Part shown: positions 62,962 to 64,000 of the stretch, piece after piece
Layout of the letters: every line of letters starts with the position of its first letter
How positions within the stretch are numbered: position 1 is the first letter of the stretch
From: Eubacteriales bacterium
Lineage (GTDB): Bacteria; Bacillota; Clostridia; Oscillospirales; CAG-272
DNA: 64,000 nt
NCBI GenBank assembly: GCA_045542075.1
Contig: JAZQKI010000001.1
Coordinates: 488 to 64,487, forward strand
Direction: 5' to 3'
Program-made: the position numbers and the translations under genes
Notes under the pieces: generated by a model
Databases searched by the model: none
What the model was told of the DNA's origin: nothing
The model's input: only the letters and a program-made list of their open reading frames with translations

Positions 62962-64000
62962 ATGAGTGAACTTACTTACACCAAAAAGAATTTCTATAAG
63001 GACTGCACCGAGGAGCAGGTCAAGGAGGCGTATGACTACTGTGTAGGTTATGCCGAATATCTTGATAAGAGCAAGACCGAGCGCGAGGCTGTAAAATACT
63101 CTGTTCAGCTTGCACAAAAGAACGGCTACAAGCCCTATTTCTTCGGTATGGAGATAAAGGCGGGAGATAAGTATTATTACAACAACCGCAACAGAAGCCT
63201 TTTCCTTTTCAGAGTCGGCAGTGAGGATATCAACAACGGTATGAGGATCGTTGCATCTCACATAGATAGCCCCAGACTCGACTTCAAGCAGATGCCTATA
63301 TATGAGGACGGCGGATTCTGCTTTGCAAAGACACGTTATTACGGCGGAGTGCGCAAGTATCAGTGGGTAGCCCTTCCATTGGCGCTTCACGGTGTTATTA
63401 TAAAGAAGAGCGGAGAGACTGTTGAAATAAATATCGGAGACGAGGAGAGCGATCCTATCTTCTATATCAATGATCTTCTTCCCCACCTCGCTCAGGAGCA
63501 GAGCAAAAAGCCTCTCTCGACCGCTATCCCCGCAGAGAGCCTTAACATTCTTCTCGGCTCTCGCCCCGTATCCGACGGTGACGACGGCAAGTCCATCAAG
63601 ATGAACGTGCTTTCTCTTATAAACGAAAAATACGGTGTTGACGAGGAGGATTTCCTCTCCGCGGATATATTCGTAGTTCCCGCGGGTAAGGCTCGTGACG
63701 TTGGATTTGACCGCTCGCTTATCAGTGCTTACGGTCATGATGATAAGGTCTGTGCTTATCCTTCCCTTACCGCGCTCTTTGAGTCGGACGACAGTGAGCA
63801 TACTGTTATGGTAGTTCTTGCTGACAAGGAGGAGATCGGAAGCGAGGGCAACACAGGTATGAAGTCCGAGCTGTTCACCGATATTATGCAGTCGATCTGT
63901 ATCGCGCTTGGCGGAAATTATTTTGCTATGAAGGCAAATTCCAAGTGCCTTTCCGCTGACGTTACCGCTTGCTTTGATCCCAACTTCTCCGAGTGCTATG
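62962..64000 (+). CDS. M18-family aminopeptidase, N-terminal portion (3' end is beyond the window)
   Basis: This ORF is not in the ORF track because it runs off the window edge. ATG 62962 follows AAGGAGA. My own translation gives MSELTYTKKNFYKD...RIVASHIDSPRLDFKQ...YYGGVRKYQW...GHDDKVCAY...LADKEEIGSEGNTG. Confidence 0.85.
   Translation, partial: MSELTYTKKNFYKDCTEEQVKEAYDYCVGYAEYLDKSKTEREAVKYSVQLAQKNGYKPYFFGMEIKAGDKYYYNNRNRSLFLFRVGSEDINNGMRIVASHIDSPRLDFKQMPIYEDGGFCFAKTRYYGGVRKYQWVALPLALHGVIIKKSGETVEINIGDEESDPIFYINDLLPHLAQEQSKKPLSTAIPAESLNILLGSRPVSDGDDGKSIKMNVLSLINEKYGVDEEDFLSADIFVVPAGKARDVGFDRSLISAYGHDDKVCAYPSLTALFESDDSEHTVMVVLADKEEIGSEGNTGMKSELFTDIMQSICIALGGNYFAMKANSKCLSADVTACFDPNFSECY

Noticed and set aside
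62872-63801. 309-aa minus-strand ORF
   Set aside because: It is the antisense shadow of the M18 aminopeptidase gene, which is open-ended and therefore missing from the ORF track. The plus frame shows the ASHIDSPRLD, GHDDKVC and DKEEIGSEG motifs.

Overview
The window looks like chromosomal DNA from a spore-forming Firmicute of class Clostridia. The assignment rests on gene content (spoIIID, whiA, pdaA-type deacetylase, both PolC and DnaE, BspA-type LRR proteins with Pro/Thr linkers). A guess of Oscillospiraceae/Ruminococcaceae is inference only. I support about 58 protein genes. I found no rRNA, tRNA, CRISPR array, transposase or integrase.

Most of the window is ordinary housekeeping:
- the canonical thrS / pyrH-frr-uppS-cdsA-dxr-rseP-ispG-polC block
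- dut, proC, rlmB, acpP, ispE, a phosphosugar mutase
- dnaE-whiA-murB, coaE, a PBP1A, comEC

Nothing here is a recognisable defence or mobile system. The stretches that deserve a second look are:
1. 35339-38797: a 1152-aa protein whose C-terminal half reads like a heavy-metal P-type ATPase with every catalytic motif replaced. It is fused to a hyper-acidic N-terminus carrying ten near-identical 48-bp repeats.
2. 11805-15396: two tandem secreted Endonuclease-I-family nucleases with near-identical 3' ends, a domain swap in the middle, and a non-LPXTG C-terminal sorting-like tail.
3. 53591-55258: an ECF-type sigma ORF and the 322-codon ORF after it are in the same frame, separated by one TAA that falls inside an apparent winged-helix motif.
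4. 17008-19202: a COG0523 GTPase pair. One has a six-fold ECCH/His-Asp repeat. The other has lost CxCC and carries a C-terminal CC-motif domain. A Cys-module LRR lipoprotein follows.
5. 22184-23044: a leaderless 286-aa protein with 24 Cys, including a CCCCCC run.
6. 27546-28030: a 485-bp ORF-free, hairpin-rich stretch downstream of spoIIID.

All family assignments come from motifs read by eye in the translations. No searches were run. Start codons were chosen by RBS inspection.
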